DNA of 64,000 nt from Octopus bimaculoides (GCF_001194135.2 NC_068998.1:51849299-51913298), one strand, 5' to 3'. Positions 36,961 to 50,168 are shown, counted from the stretch's first letter. Numbers and translations: made by a program. The notes: generated by a model from the letters alone, not told the origin.

Positions 36961-39910
36961 AGAAGAAATGCAGCAGTAAAATCTATTAATATCACTTTAA
37001 ACTATGTTACACGCATTTAAACATGTTCTCCTGTTTATGCGAAACATACCATATTTTCCAATATACATGTCAATGTGATATATAGTGTAACCATTCAGAC
37101 ATCATCACTATCTTTCCAGATTCTTCTGCATCTCACATGGAATTTTTGGTCTTCTAATGTCACTTTTGTGTTTAAGTCAATCTGTCTCTTTTGGCTGTAA
37201 ATTTTGATAAGAAAAATTTTGATTTCTTAGTTGGAAAATACGGTGCTTCCTTTCCAGCTATCTCAGAGGGCAACGAACCAGCCATGGGCACCACCCATTC
37301 AATGAATAAAATATGAAAATAATCATATTTTTATAGTGATCTGATGATCCACTGAGAAAGTGATGCCAGGTTAAAGACTGGACTTTGGAAGCAAAACAAA
37401 TAGATGAAAAGAAAACTCTAAGTGTATTGGAGACAATAGTAACTATCATGGATAACAGTAAGTGTGGGCACAAACCAGTGCTGCTGACTGTTTAGGATGG
37501 GACATGGTGTGGCCTCTGTGCAGTCAGCATTGCTGTGAGAGTAGTATAATAGCCAAGAGGTTTTGTGTAAATTGAAGTCCTGAATTAAAATAAGACAGAT
37601 GTATCTCATGCAGGAAATGAGATAATGAAATAGCTAATGGCGATTTTAGAAATTTTGTGTATGATACAGACAGCAGATGAACTCTATAGTAAAGGGCAGA
37701 GGGAGTCATTGACCCTGAGTAATTGGAATTCATGTATGTATAATATGTGAGTATGTATGTGTATCTATTTATGTTGCTTTCTGTGCCATTTTGTGAGAAG
37801 CTTTAGTTTTGTCATTTTTCTTTTATTTCTTTAGAACCATACTAATAATTCTATTATCCTTACAACTATCTTTTCACAGTTTCTGTAATTAAATTTTTTT
37901 GGTAGGTTAAAATTTATTTTGAGTGAAATTGATCAGATGAAATCTGACAACTCCTTTGGAGAATATCATTGATCCTCTAAGATCATTATTGTCTTTTTTT
38001 TTTTTCACTTTGAATTTTCCATGATGAGAATTATGATTAGCTTCTTTTTGTTATCATATTCACACCAGCGCATATTTGCACACACACACACGCATGAACA
38101 TCAGCACCTCCAGCAGTAGTCATTTTCTTAATTCAATCAAAAACACTGCTACAGCATTTATGCTTTTTATTTATGGCATACGCAGAAGAGGAAGAACAGA
38201 GCCATCGGCCTTCTGCAGGGCCTCTTATGATAGTAAAGTTGAATGGTGAAGGAAGAAGGAAGCATGTCTCATGGGTTACTACAACAGGGAGAAGCACATC
38301 AACACATTAAGTAAACGCCAAAATGAGGACTTGACAATCGGTGATGTTTTGTTTACATCCCCCATAACTTAGCTTTCTGCAAGAGAGATTGTAGATTAAG
38401 TACCAGACTTTTTAAAAATTAAGTTGCAGGCTTCATTTGTCCATCTAAACCTATGAAGCCAGGACCCTGGCATGGCCACGTTCCAGAGACTGAAAGTGTG
38501 TGTGTATGTGTGTGTTATGCCCATTTAGGTAGGTTGATAAATAGACAGACAAACAGACAAATAGAAAGAAAGAAAGGAAAACAGACGGAAAGAACTGCAG
38601 ATGGAATTGATGGATGGACAGGGCTGAGAAGCAGGAAAGTAGAAAGAAAGAAAAAAAATTGTAGAAGCCCATTTGGAAATTATAATTCAAAGAGCTGGTC
38701 ATGTCTCAAAATCTCACATACATTTAAACTGAGAATTACATTGAAGATACAAATGCCTATCAAATTAATGAACCTCTTACACCACTTGACAAGTAGGTAG
38801 TACCATTTTTTTGAACAAGAATACTCATTGATGAAATCTATCAAAAGAGTTGTTTACCAAAATTTTAACAGGATGCATGGCACCATATTGAATAATTGCC
38901 AGTTCCTTTTTCATAAGCGAACAGGATGTACAACAACGTATATCTTGTCATGCACCACGCAGACAACAAATAATATTTTAGTATAGATTTATATATATAT
39001 ATATAAAATATATATATATATATATATTTATGTGCATCATGTGATATTGATGTATCATGACTATTTGTGTGTCAAATAGTCATTGGTTGGCTACAGTTCT
39101 GATTACTTCCTGGATGTCAAAAACACCTACGATGTTAAAAATGCATTTTGGATGTCATGGTTAGAATGCCTTTAATCTTAAATTTTCTCAATTAGGGTTG
39201 AACCGGGTTTAAATAACAACAACTTCAAAAGGATACAAAGCTATGTTCATCTATTTAGGAAAGGTATGAATGCCATTGGAAGTTTATATACTAGATAGAA
39301 AATTATAGAAGTAACATAAAGAGCTATGCTGCACAAACCTTTTTATACAAAACCAGCTAAGGGAATTCCTTATATGAGTTAGGTTCTAAATACTCCTGTA
39401 ATAGGTTTTCTAATCTAGTTGATGTTCACCCTGGAGTCTTTATAATATCAGAATCAAATAGAACCAAAACTGTCAGCTACCATTAAGTGATTAAGGAATG
39501 ACGGCTTAATATTATCTCATGGTAGTTGATAATATAGCATCAACATTTCTCAACTTGTTAGAAAAAGCTTTTTATTAGGTGTACATTTGAGGAGATTTTT
39601 CAAGGCAGATAATTAGCGAAATACAGGTAAATGAGCAAGGTGGGTGATGTAAAGCAGGTAAATGTTAAAGGATGCAAGCATTCACGATTTCAAGTAAACT
39701 GAGAATAAGTTCTTGAAGATTAAATAACAAATGAAGCCTTCCTTTAAAAGCTGAAGACAACCTTGATTGCATGAGGTCAACACTTGAAGATATTTCTCAT
39801 ATTATCAACATGATCGTCATCATTAACATTTTCTATGGTCAAATGCCCTGACTGTCACCAACTCTCACATGCACGTTATCAATCACTCTGAAAAGATAAG
39901 AATGTCAAAT

Positions 39911-40195
39911 GTGGCTGTGTGGTAAGAAGTTTGCTTCCCAACCACATCGTTCCAAGTTCAGTCTCACTTGGGCAAGTGTCTTCTTCTATAGCCATTGGGC
40001 CAAACAAACCCTTATGAATGGATTTGGTAGACGGAGACTGAAAGAAGCCTGTTGTGTATATATAAAATTCAAACCAATTCTCATATATTCCATCTGCCAT
40101 ATATATAATTATGTGTGTGTCTTTGTGTCAGTGTTTGTCCCCCACCACCAATACTGCATGACAACCGGTGTTGGTATGTTTACATCCCCAAATAA
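39911..40195 (+). mobile_element. CORE-type SINE
   Basis: gtggctgtgtggtaagaagtttgcttcccaaccacat..ggatttggtagacggagactgaaagaagcc. Confidence 0.88.
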
Positions 40196-40832
40196 TAACC
40201 AAATCTTCTTCAAATTATACTCTAAAATTTAAAATATATATGTATATAAATAATGTCATATTGAATAATTCTGTTGGAGATCCACTGCACAGAACAAAAG
40301 CCGGGGGTGGTCATGGCGAGTGAGTCTTTCATCAGTCAGTCTGCTCAAAGCTTAGACAAAGCAACTTCAACAACAACTGCATCAACAGACTACAGATACG
40401 TACAACTCCATTTGCAATGGTAATGTTAGGTTTCCATGTACCGGACTTAGGTACAGCCAAATTTTCTAAGCAAGCTTTTAACTTTGTCTCTCGAGACAGA
40501 CCAAAGATGAAGGAGAGATAGCTAAAAATAAATAAAACAAAATTTTAAACATTAAACAATAAAAAGAAAAGAACAATAAAACAACAAAAACACGTCTGTT
40601 TAGTAAACAGACAATGAAAAATTACAGATTAGCTGAGAAAGTACTATAACGAATAGAAATGTTTATCTTCTTCATGCCACGTTGTGTGACGTATACGACC
40701 TGCTAATTATGCAAAAGGATGATAATATAAAAGTGGTACATGTTACAATATAGATTTTAAAAATCATTTAGGAGTTTCCATTACTGCAATGTTTGGATTC
40801 ACCAAAGTGGGATTGGGTGGACGGAGGCAGAA

Positions 40833-40867
<35 letters not shown>

Positions 40868-41194
40868 TTGGTAACGTATATTAGAGAGGAAACCAGTGAA
40901 CATGTGCTATCAAAGGAAGTCCCTTGCAATATTTGTTTCATCCATCTTACACAACTACAACCTTGTCACCATGATTATTGTAAACTGTTCAAATTACTGA
41001 CTAATGAGCAAAATCTTGGTTCAGTCACACTTTATGCTTCTGTGCAGTTTCTCTACTACTGCTCATTAAGACCAATGTTTCTCTCTCGCTCTCAGTCTCT
41101 CTCTCCCTCTTTCTCAGATATAGTCTTCTACCTGGCAGGTTCTGGCCAACTTTCCTACCCATGCAAACAAGATGAATGTTAAACGATGATGATG

Positions 41195-41420
41195 TGTTAT
41201 CTTTCATTTGTTTCAGTCATTAGACTGTGGCCATGCTGGGGCACTACATTGAAGAACTTTTTACTCAAATGTATGGCCCCAGTACTTTCCTTTTTAAGCC
41301 TGATGCTTATTCTATTGGTCTCTTTAGCCAAACAACTAAGTAACAGGGACATGGATACCAACACTGGTTGTTAAGCGGTGGATGAGAGAGCAAACAGACA
41401 GAAAGACACTCTCTCTCTCT
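41195..41420 (-). mobile_element. 3' half of CORE-type SINE
   Basis: tttcagtcattagactgtggccatgctggggc..ccaacactggttgttaagcggtgg. Confidence 0.82.
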
Positions 41421-41431
41421 CTCACACACAC

Positions 41432-41470
<39 letters not shown>

Positions 41471-41473
<3 letters not shown>

Positions 41474-42183
41474 GTCATTCCATAAATAATGTGGTCTTTT
41501 TATACTTCTTTTATTTTTCAAAATTAAGATAAACAAAGTTCTTCTTTAATCTAAAATATATTCTCCTTAATTTTCTGCAATGCTTTTCAATCTATCTGTT
41601 AGACTTGCAAGGCCCCTCTTCCAAAATACAGTTGTCCGTGATGAAAAATATTCCTCCAATACTGTTCTGACTTCTACAGAATTCATATTTTTCCGTCCAA
41701 ATGGCTTTGAAGACTGTTGAATAAATTATGATATGATGGGGCAATATCTGGCGAATATGGTCGGTGAGGCATCATTTCCCATTCATGCTGCTCCAGCCTT
41801 TGGAATGTCATCCTCACTGTATGTGTTTGAGCATTATCCTGATGGAAGAACACCTTTTGTCTTGAAACTGAAGATGGTCGTTTTTCTTCTAGCATTGACT
41901 TAAGCCACTCAAGCTGTTCACCAGAGTTCTTCGTTATCATTTGGTTAGGGTTTAAAAGTTCAAAGTGTACTAAACTTTACATATCCTACCAAACACATAA
42001 CAACACCATAACAAGGTGGAGACTTTCTTTAACCTGGGGTGCTGGTGTTTCTCCTTTCTCAACTCCCTGTCTTCAGTGTTTAACATTTTTATAGAGAATC
42101 CATTTCTCATCACCAGTCACTATTTGGTCCAAATATGCTTCATTTGTGAGACATGGCAGCAAAGAAGAGCACACATTCACTCT
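41471..42183 (-). mobile_element. mariner (DD34D) transposase relic with one TIR
   Basis: IVTGDEKWI, FFHQDNA and PYSPDIAPS motifs; TA plus ttgggtcattccataaataatgtggtctttt TIR. 5' end cut by a SINE at 42185. Confidence 0.92.
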
Positions 42184-42184
42184 G

Positions 42185-42345
42185 TTGGTGTGTCTGTGTC
42201 ACCATAACTTAGTGATTTGGCAAAAGACACCAATTGTATAAGTACCAGGCTTGTAAATAAAAGTAGAGGGGTCAATTCCTTTAACTAAAAATTCTTCAAG
42301 GTGGTGCCCCAGCATGGCCACATTCAAATGAATGAAACAACTAAA
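42185..42345 (+). mobile_element. 3' half of CORE-type SINE
   Basis: gttggtgtgt..ataagtaccaggc..ttcttcaaggtggtgccccagcatggcc. Confidence 0.8.
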
Positions 42346-42347
42346 AG

Positions 42348-42383
<36 letters not shown>

Positions 42384-42516
42384 TCAAATACAGACCCATT
42401 AGAATGGGAAGGTGTCTATAGTTGGATGATAGTTAACTGTTTTGTTTTAAGCAATGGTAGTTTTTCAAAACTGTTTATTATTTCATTGTTTACTAATTGT
42501 CTTTTTCTTGTTTTAG

Positions 42517-42591
42517 AAATCTGGTCCAAGGAAAAAGTGTGTTGCTTGTAAAATTGTTGCACATAAAGAGTGTATGGGGATATTAGAAAAG
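42517..42591 (+). CDS. DGKZ/DGKI-like: Type IV diacylglycerol kinase internal exon, C1a core (KSGPRKKCVACKIVAHKECMGILEK)
   Basis: Acceptor ctttttcttgttttag|AAA and donor AAG|gtaagt; 75 nt, phase 0-0, CxxC-x4-H-x2-C motif. Matches DGKZ [25 protein letters not shown]. Confidence 0.96.
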
Positions 42592-43289
42592 GTAAGTGAT
42601 ACTGTGTACTACTTTATCTTTAAATATAGTCAACTGAATAAGCCTGAGTGTTAGAATATAAGTAGTTACTAACTAGTTCTGTTAATAGTAGTTTCAATGT
42701 TTCCTGTGGAATAATGAGTTGCTTAAAATAAATTTTTTATAGACTTGTTTTTTCTTTACACAAGATGAAGACAAGATTTATCATATATTTTACTCGTGAC
42801 GTCAGACAAAATTATCAACATTTGGATTATCACAACTTCTTAACTAGGACAATTCTCCCCATTCTATACAATTATCGATAGACAAGCAGGCAGTAAATAA
42901 TTCTATCAATATTAATTTAATGTTTCCTGCAAAATAATTACTTGCTTAAAATAAAATGTCTTTTTTTTTTATGGGGTTGTTTTTACTTTAGGCAAGAAGA
43001 TTTATATTTTTACTGCTTGTTTTAAATTAGAATTATCAGAATTTTTATTATCACAATTTCCCAACATGTACAACTCTCCCTGCTCTACACAAATATGCAA
43101 ACCATACATTTTATATTCCTCTGAGAAATATTTCATTTTATTTTTCTTTGAGATACAAATATCTTTCCTTCTTATCTCTATTATCAAAAATATACTTTAT
43201 ATTCACTCTCAAAAGATAGCGTTTTCACTTTTGTAGATCTATCTCATCCCCATTCTTTTACTCGCTTTGCTCATTTGGATTTCAGCAAC

Positions 43290-43810
43290 AAAAAGTTTCA
43301 GTAGATACCCCCTTATGCCTTCTAAGTGTTCCATCTGCCTACATTGCAGGAGATGAGTAAACCACTTCCTGGAGCCAGGGAACATTTACTCACCATTGCA
43401 ATGCCTGCACGATAACTATCAAAAAAAAAAAAAAAAGGCATCTTCATGTGTTGCACAGCCTGCCAGATATCCCTCTTTCCAATATCACAGCTAATCTGTT
43501 TGATTCCTAATCGAAAGGATCTCCACCAAATTTTCCAAATCTTCATGCTGAATACTCCTCAGCCAAGATGGTTTCTGTTATCAATATTTTATTTGAAATA
43601 ACTTTTATATTTGTATTGCCAGTTGGACTTTCAATTCTATACTACATCGATTCCATAAATCTCCTCCCAAATTCTTCTTATTGCCACGACATGCATCTGC
43701 AATAGAAATTCATTGATGAATGCAGTAGGCACTTTAGCCCTGACACTACCCTTTCAATTACCCTGACATGGGGCACTCCAGAGCTTTCTCCTATTGTCAC
43801 CCTAAGTCTT
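43290..43810 (-). mobile_element. Decayed LINE fragments (RT and C-terminal region)
   Basis: Minus strand SGVP.., FINE.., DLENLVEIL..RDIWQAV. Confidence 0.45.
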
Positions 43811-43814
43811 TCAT

Positions 43815-44035
43815 CCCTTTTGGTACCAAACTACCTGAGACGCCCTGGTTGTACAATAAAAATTTCTTGTTTTAAAATGGTTCAAATGAAAACTTTCCAT
43901 CAAAATTTCATGTTACTTAATGATCTGACCACCAGTTTAATAATAACAAATTTATTTTACTAAATTTTTTGTTATTTTCAAAATTAATTGAACTAATGAC
44001 AGTGAATTTCAACAACTATATGATAACAAAAAGCT
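43815..44035. mobile_element. Decayed piggyBac-type MITE, relative of 49947-50168
   Basis: Ends cccttttggtacc / ataacaaaaagc; interior (tattttactaaatt..aaaattaattgaa) is shared with the 49947 copy. Confidence 0.6.
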
Positions 44036-44185
44036 TATAAATTCTCACTTTAAAGAAATATATTCCCAGTCTTTAGGAACATGCTGCAGTATGTACCAAT
44101 GGCAAAGGGAAATAATCCCCTATTGTTCACCTTCGTAGCAAGGCTCCCCCCCCCCCATATTTTGAAAAGGTCTTAGGCCAAGAAG

Positions 44186-44256
44186 TTTTGGAGGTCTGAC
44201 GATAAGCCATAAAGCTAAATCCTTTATGGACGGGAAACCCAGGGTAATCCCATAAA
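44186..44256 (+). ncRNA. Type I hammerhead-ribozyme-like motif in a GC-richer repeat (about 44085-44275)
   Basis: CTGACGA at 44196-44202; 8-bp CCATAAAG/CTTTATGG helix; GAAA at 44234-44237; ACCC-a-GGGT stem III; GUA triplet ending 44246; stem I ttttggaggt/atcccataaa pairs 7 of 10 including one G.U. Confidence 0.6.
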
Positions 44257-44273
44257 CCAGCCTCCTCCATTAA

Positions 44274-44306
<33 letters not shown>

Positions 44307-44309
44307 TGC

Positions 44310-44465
44310 ACACCCATACATAATGGGCTTCTTTCAGTTTCCTTTTACTAAATCCACTCACAAGACCTCGGTCTGTAGTAGAAGATGCTTGCCCAAAGTG
44401 GTAAGTAACGGAACTGAACCTGAAAGCACACAGTTTGGAAATCAACTCCTAAATATCACAGTCGT
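44310..44465 (-). mobile_element. CORE-type SINE
   Basis: gggcttctttcagtttcc..aaatccactcacaag..cttgcccaaagtg..ggaactgaacc. Confidence 0.82.
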
Positions 44466-44844
44466 AAATATTTATTCGAAAGATGTTTAAGATGTTTGTT
44501 TCACAAATATTCAATGATATTTTCAGAAGATAGGTTGGTAAATAACTTTATCGCTGGAGCTGTATCTCCCATTTTGTTGGGGATTTTTTCTTACATCCTT
44601 TTCTCTTTTTTAAAAATATTTTTCTTATATTTGTGAATGTTAAGAAAATATTTGCTTCCAAACCCTGCATGCATTCTTGTTTTTCTTCTCAATATCTCAT
44701 TCATCAGCAACATATGTGACCCTAACCCTTGCAGGCTCCCTATCACATCTACATCAGTTACAACAATACTTTCTTCTTCATAATGTCTGCCATTGTATTA
44801 TATACAGGGGAATATTACAGATTTATAACTCCCTACTGTTGGAT

Positions 44845-44881
<37 letters not shown>

Positions 44882-45329
44882 TACATACCTATGTGTGTGT
44901 GTGTGTGTGTGTCTATATGCATATATATACACACACACATATACATACATACCCATCATCTTCATGTAACATTTATTTCCCATGCTGGCATATATATATA
45001 TATATACATATATATGGATATATATGCACTTACATATATCACTAATCTAACACACTATTAGAGATTCTGTTTAAATTACTATTTCACAAATAGTTTCTTA
45101 CATATACTTGTGTTAGACTCACACACCATATAAATAGATATACTGATAGATATATCTACACATAATGCAAGAAAGCATGGCTACCTACCACTTGTTAAAA
45201 ATTTTTGTTTTCGATTTGGTAAAGTAAAATTTGTATGGAATTTCACATGAGAATAATTACAGTTACATGTGTGCACACACACACCTCACAAACACACACA
45301 CACACCTCACAAACACACACACACACATA

Positions 45330-45600
45330 TCACATCATGTTATCGTACAGACCATTGGATGTTGTTATATATTGCTAGTCACAATGCGCTTTGCATTATC
45401 TTAGCTTTCGAATGATGCCATCTCACTGGCTGGGTCAGCAGGCTAACATTCCCCACTGACCAGAGGCTAGCCCATCATAGGGTTACTCACTTATGGCTGA
45501 GGGATTGACACAACATGAAATGACCACAATCCTCTGCCCAGTATGGGAATCAAACCCATAACCTAGCAATCGTAAGAGCAAAACCCTAACAACTAGGCCA
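45330..45600 (-). mobile_element. tRNA-derived SINE of a further family
   Basis: Minus-strand head tgtggcctagttgttagggt..gggtttgattccca with A/B-box-like motifs. Confidence 0.7.
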
Positions 45601-45879
45601 CATACTTTCACACACACACACACATATAATCTGCAAATATATACATATACTAACATGAAAATGTTTATGTTGTCACACTAACTGAAAGAAATAACAGTTA
45701 AATCTCCCTGAAATAACAACCCCACAATCATAAGAATGAGGAAGTACACATTATGTATTGAAATCATAAATAGTCCTAAAAATGATTGGTCTGCTTGATT
45801 AGGGGTTGACGAGGAACTTAACTGCAATAGCAACGTCATATACAAACATATATATATTTTTATGTATATACATACATGT

Positions 45880-46010
45880 ATATAATCGTGTCTGTATTGT
45901 TGGCGATTTTCTTCCTCCGTCTTCCCTTCTTTTGGACTTTCCTCTATTTCTGAAGAAGATCTTGGCTTGAAACATTAAATTCTTTTGCCTTCCTTTCCTG
46001 AACGTAGCAT
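45880..46010 (+). mobile_element. Penelope-like terminal repeat fragment carrying a decayed minimal hammerhead (45946-45980)
   Basis: attt-CTGAAGA-agatcttggctt-GAAAC-att-aaat within pyrimidine-rich flanks next to a TA tract. Confidence 0.5.
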
Positions 46011-47398
46011 TGTAGCTCTTTAGGTGAATTCAACACACACACACCTATGCATGCAGGATACAAATGTAAGGGAGGACTAACCATGATTGACATGTATAAT
46101 TACTTAATTATGCCATAAGCAGGAAGTTTAATTATTTTAGCAGATATGGGAGCCAACTCTAAACATGTTTCAATCTTATTGTGGTCTTATCAGCAAAGCA
46201 TAACCTTCATTGCTCTTGCTGAAATAGTGATGGGAGAATCAGAAGATATGTGTAGAAGATTGTAAATTGATTGTTGTAAAAGAATCAAATTGTTTAGAGA
46301 ATATATCAACCATGTGAAAAACAATAGTTAATGATACTTAACACTGGAATAAATAATGCTAAGAAGAGAGGCATTAATGTCACAACATCATTGCTTACAC
46401 CAACGCATAATACTTTAGTAATTTAAGAAAATTGTTTGGTGAACTTCTTTTCAATTTTCATAAAAATGATTAAAAGCTACTTTCTAAAGCATGAAGACGA
46501 ATTTCTTTCCAGTTTATTAGAAAAAAGAATTATAGTTATGTTGAAACAAAAGCAAAAACTGAAAAAATAAATAAATAAATAAATAATAATAAATGAATAA
46601 AACAAGAAAAAGTGTTGTCCAGAGGGTAATAAAATCAAAAAATATCCTATAATGTTCAGCAGAGACTTTTTTTTTAATCTCTAGCTATTAAAATACACAT
46701 TTTAAATGCCAATATATATGTTTATTTCAAGGATTTCTGATAGTTTCTTGTCATTATCCAGTTTTCAATAATAGCTATGTAAAACATGCCGTTTATTATG
46801 AATGGCCCGAGGTAAAAGTTGTTAAGAGGTTCACAGAAATTTTCCATTTTTAAATTCAATATATACTGTCACTTGAGAAAAGAAATTTTCAATTATATAA
46901 ATTTTGAAACTCTCAGACACTTGCCATTATAACTGACTTCTAAATTCTACAAATAAGTGTGTGTGTGTATGAAGCCAACTTTTGCCCTGAAAGCCATGCC
47001 TGTGTTTATATAACCTTTTCTTTTTTTTTTGTGAAGATAGTAGGATATGATGTGAGAGAGATTTGGATATTTAGCTACCATTTCTAGCATACTAAATGAG
47101 TGTGTAGAGATTTCCTTGGCTTGTTGTATCAAATAGACATCAGAATCATAAGTTTCAACCGTAGACTTTCATTCATCATCATCATCATCATCCTTTAACA
47201 TCCGTTTTCCATGTTGGCATGGATTGGACAGTTTGACAGGAACTAGCCAGGCTCCAAATTGTCTGGTTTGACAGAGTTTGTATGGTTGGATGCCCTCCCT
47301 AATGTTAACCACTTAACAGAATGTACTGGGCATCACCATGGGTGCTTTTATACATGGCACCTGCACAACTCCTTTATACTAACAATCCTTTCTACTAT

Positions 47399-47980
47399 AG
47401 GCACAAAGCCAGAAATTTAGAAGATGGGGTTAGTCGATTATATCGACCCCAGTGCTCAACTGGTACTTATTTCATTGACCCCGAAAGGAAGAAAGGCAAA
47501 GTCTATCTCAGTGGCATTTGAACTCAGAACATAAAGATGGCTGAAATGTTTCAAAGCATCTTATCTTGTGTGGTAACTGTTGTGGCAGCTCACTGCTATG
47601 ATGAGGACGATAATGGTTTCTAATTAAGGTAGTGAGCTGGCAGTATCATTAGCATGCTGGGTGAAATGCTTAGCGGTATTTCATCTGATTTCAAATTCCA
47701 CCAAGGTCAACTTCACCTTTCATCCTTTCTGGGTTGATAAATTATGTACCAGTTGCATACTGGGGTGAATCTAATTGACTGGCCCACTCCCCAAAAATTT
47801 TGGGCCTTGTGCCTAGAGTAGAAAAGAATAATGGTTTCAAATTTTGGTACCGGGCCAACAATTTCAGGGAAGGATGTAAATCAATACGGTTGGCCCCAGT
47901 GCGCAACTGGTACTTATTTTAATGACCTCTAAGGGGATGAAAGGTAAAGTCAACCTTGGTGGAATTTGAATTCAGAATGT
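47399..47980. mobile_element. Three adjacent Deu/Nin-type SINEs oriented -/+/- (47399-47596, 47628-47825, 47830-47980)
   Basis: Shared core ccccagtg..aactggtactt..gaaagg and its reverse complement. Confidence 0.85.
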
Positions 47981-47999
47981 GCACATTTCATCTATTCAA

Positions 48000-48130
48000 T
48001 TTCACTCACAAAATTTGGGTGACCCATGAATATAATAATAAAAGACACTTATCTGAGATGTCACACTGAGGAACTGAACCTGGGACCTTGTAATTACAAA
48101 GCAAACTTCTTAACCATTTAGTCATGCTGC
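48000..48130 (-). mobile_element. Decayed CORE-type SINE
   Basis: cactcacaaaatttggg..gaggaactgaacctggg..aaacttcttaacca. Confidence 0.7.
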
Positions 48131-49946
48131 ATCCTATCTGTACAGCAATATTGAAACTATTATTTGCTTGAAGTTGTTGGATTACCGACTTTTAAGTTAC
48201 CTGGGAGGCATACCTAGGTAGATTCTTATTTCAGTCACCCACTTAGCTGTTTCAAATGGGTTAGTGAACAGAAGATTAATTGCCAAAGCTAATCAGTATA
48301 AAAACTGGCAGCAAACTACCTGCTACAAACTAAACAGAATTCTAATTTAAAATAGTCGTTCAATTATTATTAAGAATGACAGCTAACCAATCATCAACTC
48401 AAGGTGCACAAATGAGGTAAACATCTGTATAGTTAATCAAATAATTATATTTTACTTTCTGTCAATCAAACTGTTTAAGAGAAATTTTGACAAAACTGAC
48501 TCAAGCTAATGAGGAAACCGCCAAGTAAAAGTTACTCAATTTGTGGGAGAAATAGGAACCAATTGTCCCTCAATTCACAACCTACCATCTTAAAATAGAA
48601 GGTAGGACAGTCTCGTTGAATAATGCAGTACTAGGAACACTATTTTTGAACACAAGACAGATACCATTTGATTGTGTCAGCAGAAACTGAGTTGGTTTGG
48701 GGTTAAACAACAACTACACTGAGTCTAAAAGCTACTGTGTAACATATTGTATAATATTCAAATACTTCACCATTTTTTTTTTTTTTTTTTCTTTTGCCTG
48801 GAGCTGTAGTGTAACATTCTCTTCTACTGAAGAATAGTTTTTCAGAGCTGCTCTTGTGTTTTCCTTTTCATAAAACAATTCATTTTAAATGATTTTCTCA
48901 CTGTTCATTGTCATCATCATCATCATCATCACCACCACCACAATAATAATAGTTATAATAATGATAATAATAATAATAATGGTTATTATAATAATAATAA
49001 TAGTTGTAGTAATGATAATAATAATGATCGTTTGAAATGTATGTTAGTGTTACAATACGGGAAACTTGAGGTTAGCATTCCAAGCAAATGTCATTCCATT
49101 GGTATTGATTAATAATAATTCATCTAAACCAAATTTAGACATATAGGATTATTTCTCTCATGTTTTGTATCCAATCGGTGTGTGTGTGTGGCTGTGGCAT
49201 ATCTTTTTTCATGTTTTAATCTAATAACATCATCAATCAAGTCTTCATTTTGAAACCCCACCACCCACCTCCTCCACTCTGTTTTTCCTCCATGCCACCT
49301 CTTAACACTTTCTGATTTTATATCCATGCAATGAGAAAATGAGGAAGCCTCTACATACTTGTTGGAACTGCAAGAAATAACAGCCAAAACAAAACAAAAA
49401 AGTCTGTCAAGCCACACTCTACTGTCTTGAAAAGAGAGGATCACATTGGATTGTGTAGACCAAGATACGCTATATTTGGTAGGATGGGATGGTCATGGAT
49501 GAAACCTGTTTGATCATCGGTTTGCTTGGTCAGAAATGGTACATAATTTGAAAAACAAAAAATGGCTCATCATTATCATACATCTGCTTTCCATGCTGGT
49601 ATGGGTTAGAAGAGTTTGACTTCTCAACATACATTTTGAAAAAGAACTTGACATTAATAATAAAGGAGTCTGTATTTAGTTATTCAAACAGTTAGAAATA
49701 ACCAATTTTCCTTAAAAATCATACTTCATCTTCTTAAAGGAAGATGCTACCTATGGCTACATTAGATAATGAACTATTAGATACATTTTAAACCTTTAAT
49801 AATTTTGGTAGTATATTATGGTTGCAAAACCAAATATAGCATCCCTACCAACAATTAATATGTGCATACCAGTTGCCAGGAGTGGACTTAATAGGTAAAT
49901 TGGTCTGTCCAATAGTGTTACACTGCTATATTTGGTGGCTATTTAA

Positions 49947-50168
49947 CTCTTTTGATACCAAACTGGCTGAAACTACCTCTGGCTCTGTAGTGCAAGTGTC
50001 TTGTTTTCATAAGTTTTGAATTAAAACCTTCCACCAAACCTTAGTCACAATTTATGTTTCTAACACTAGCTGAATGATAACTAAGTTATTTTACTAAATT
50101 CTTTGTTATATTTAAAATTAATTGAAAGAAACACAGAGCTTCTCAAAATAGATACAGTAACGAAAGAG
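49947..50168. mobile_element. piggyBac-type MITE
   Basis: TTAA at 49943-49946 and 50169-50172; TIRs ctcttttgatac / gtaacgaaagag match 10 of 12. Confidence 0.85.

Noticed and set aside
37343-37370. CTGATGA..GAAA motif (also 21984 and 59663)
   Set aside because: Stem II has 2 bp or fewer and there is no stem III or valid NUH triplet; chance matches.
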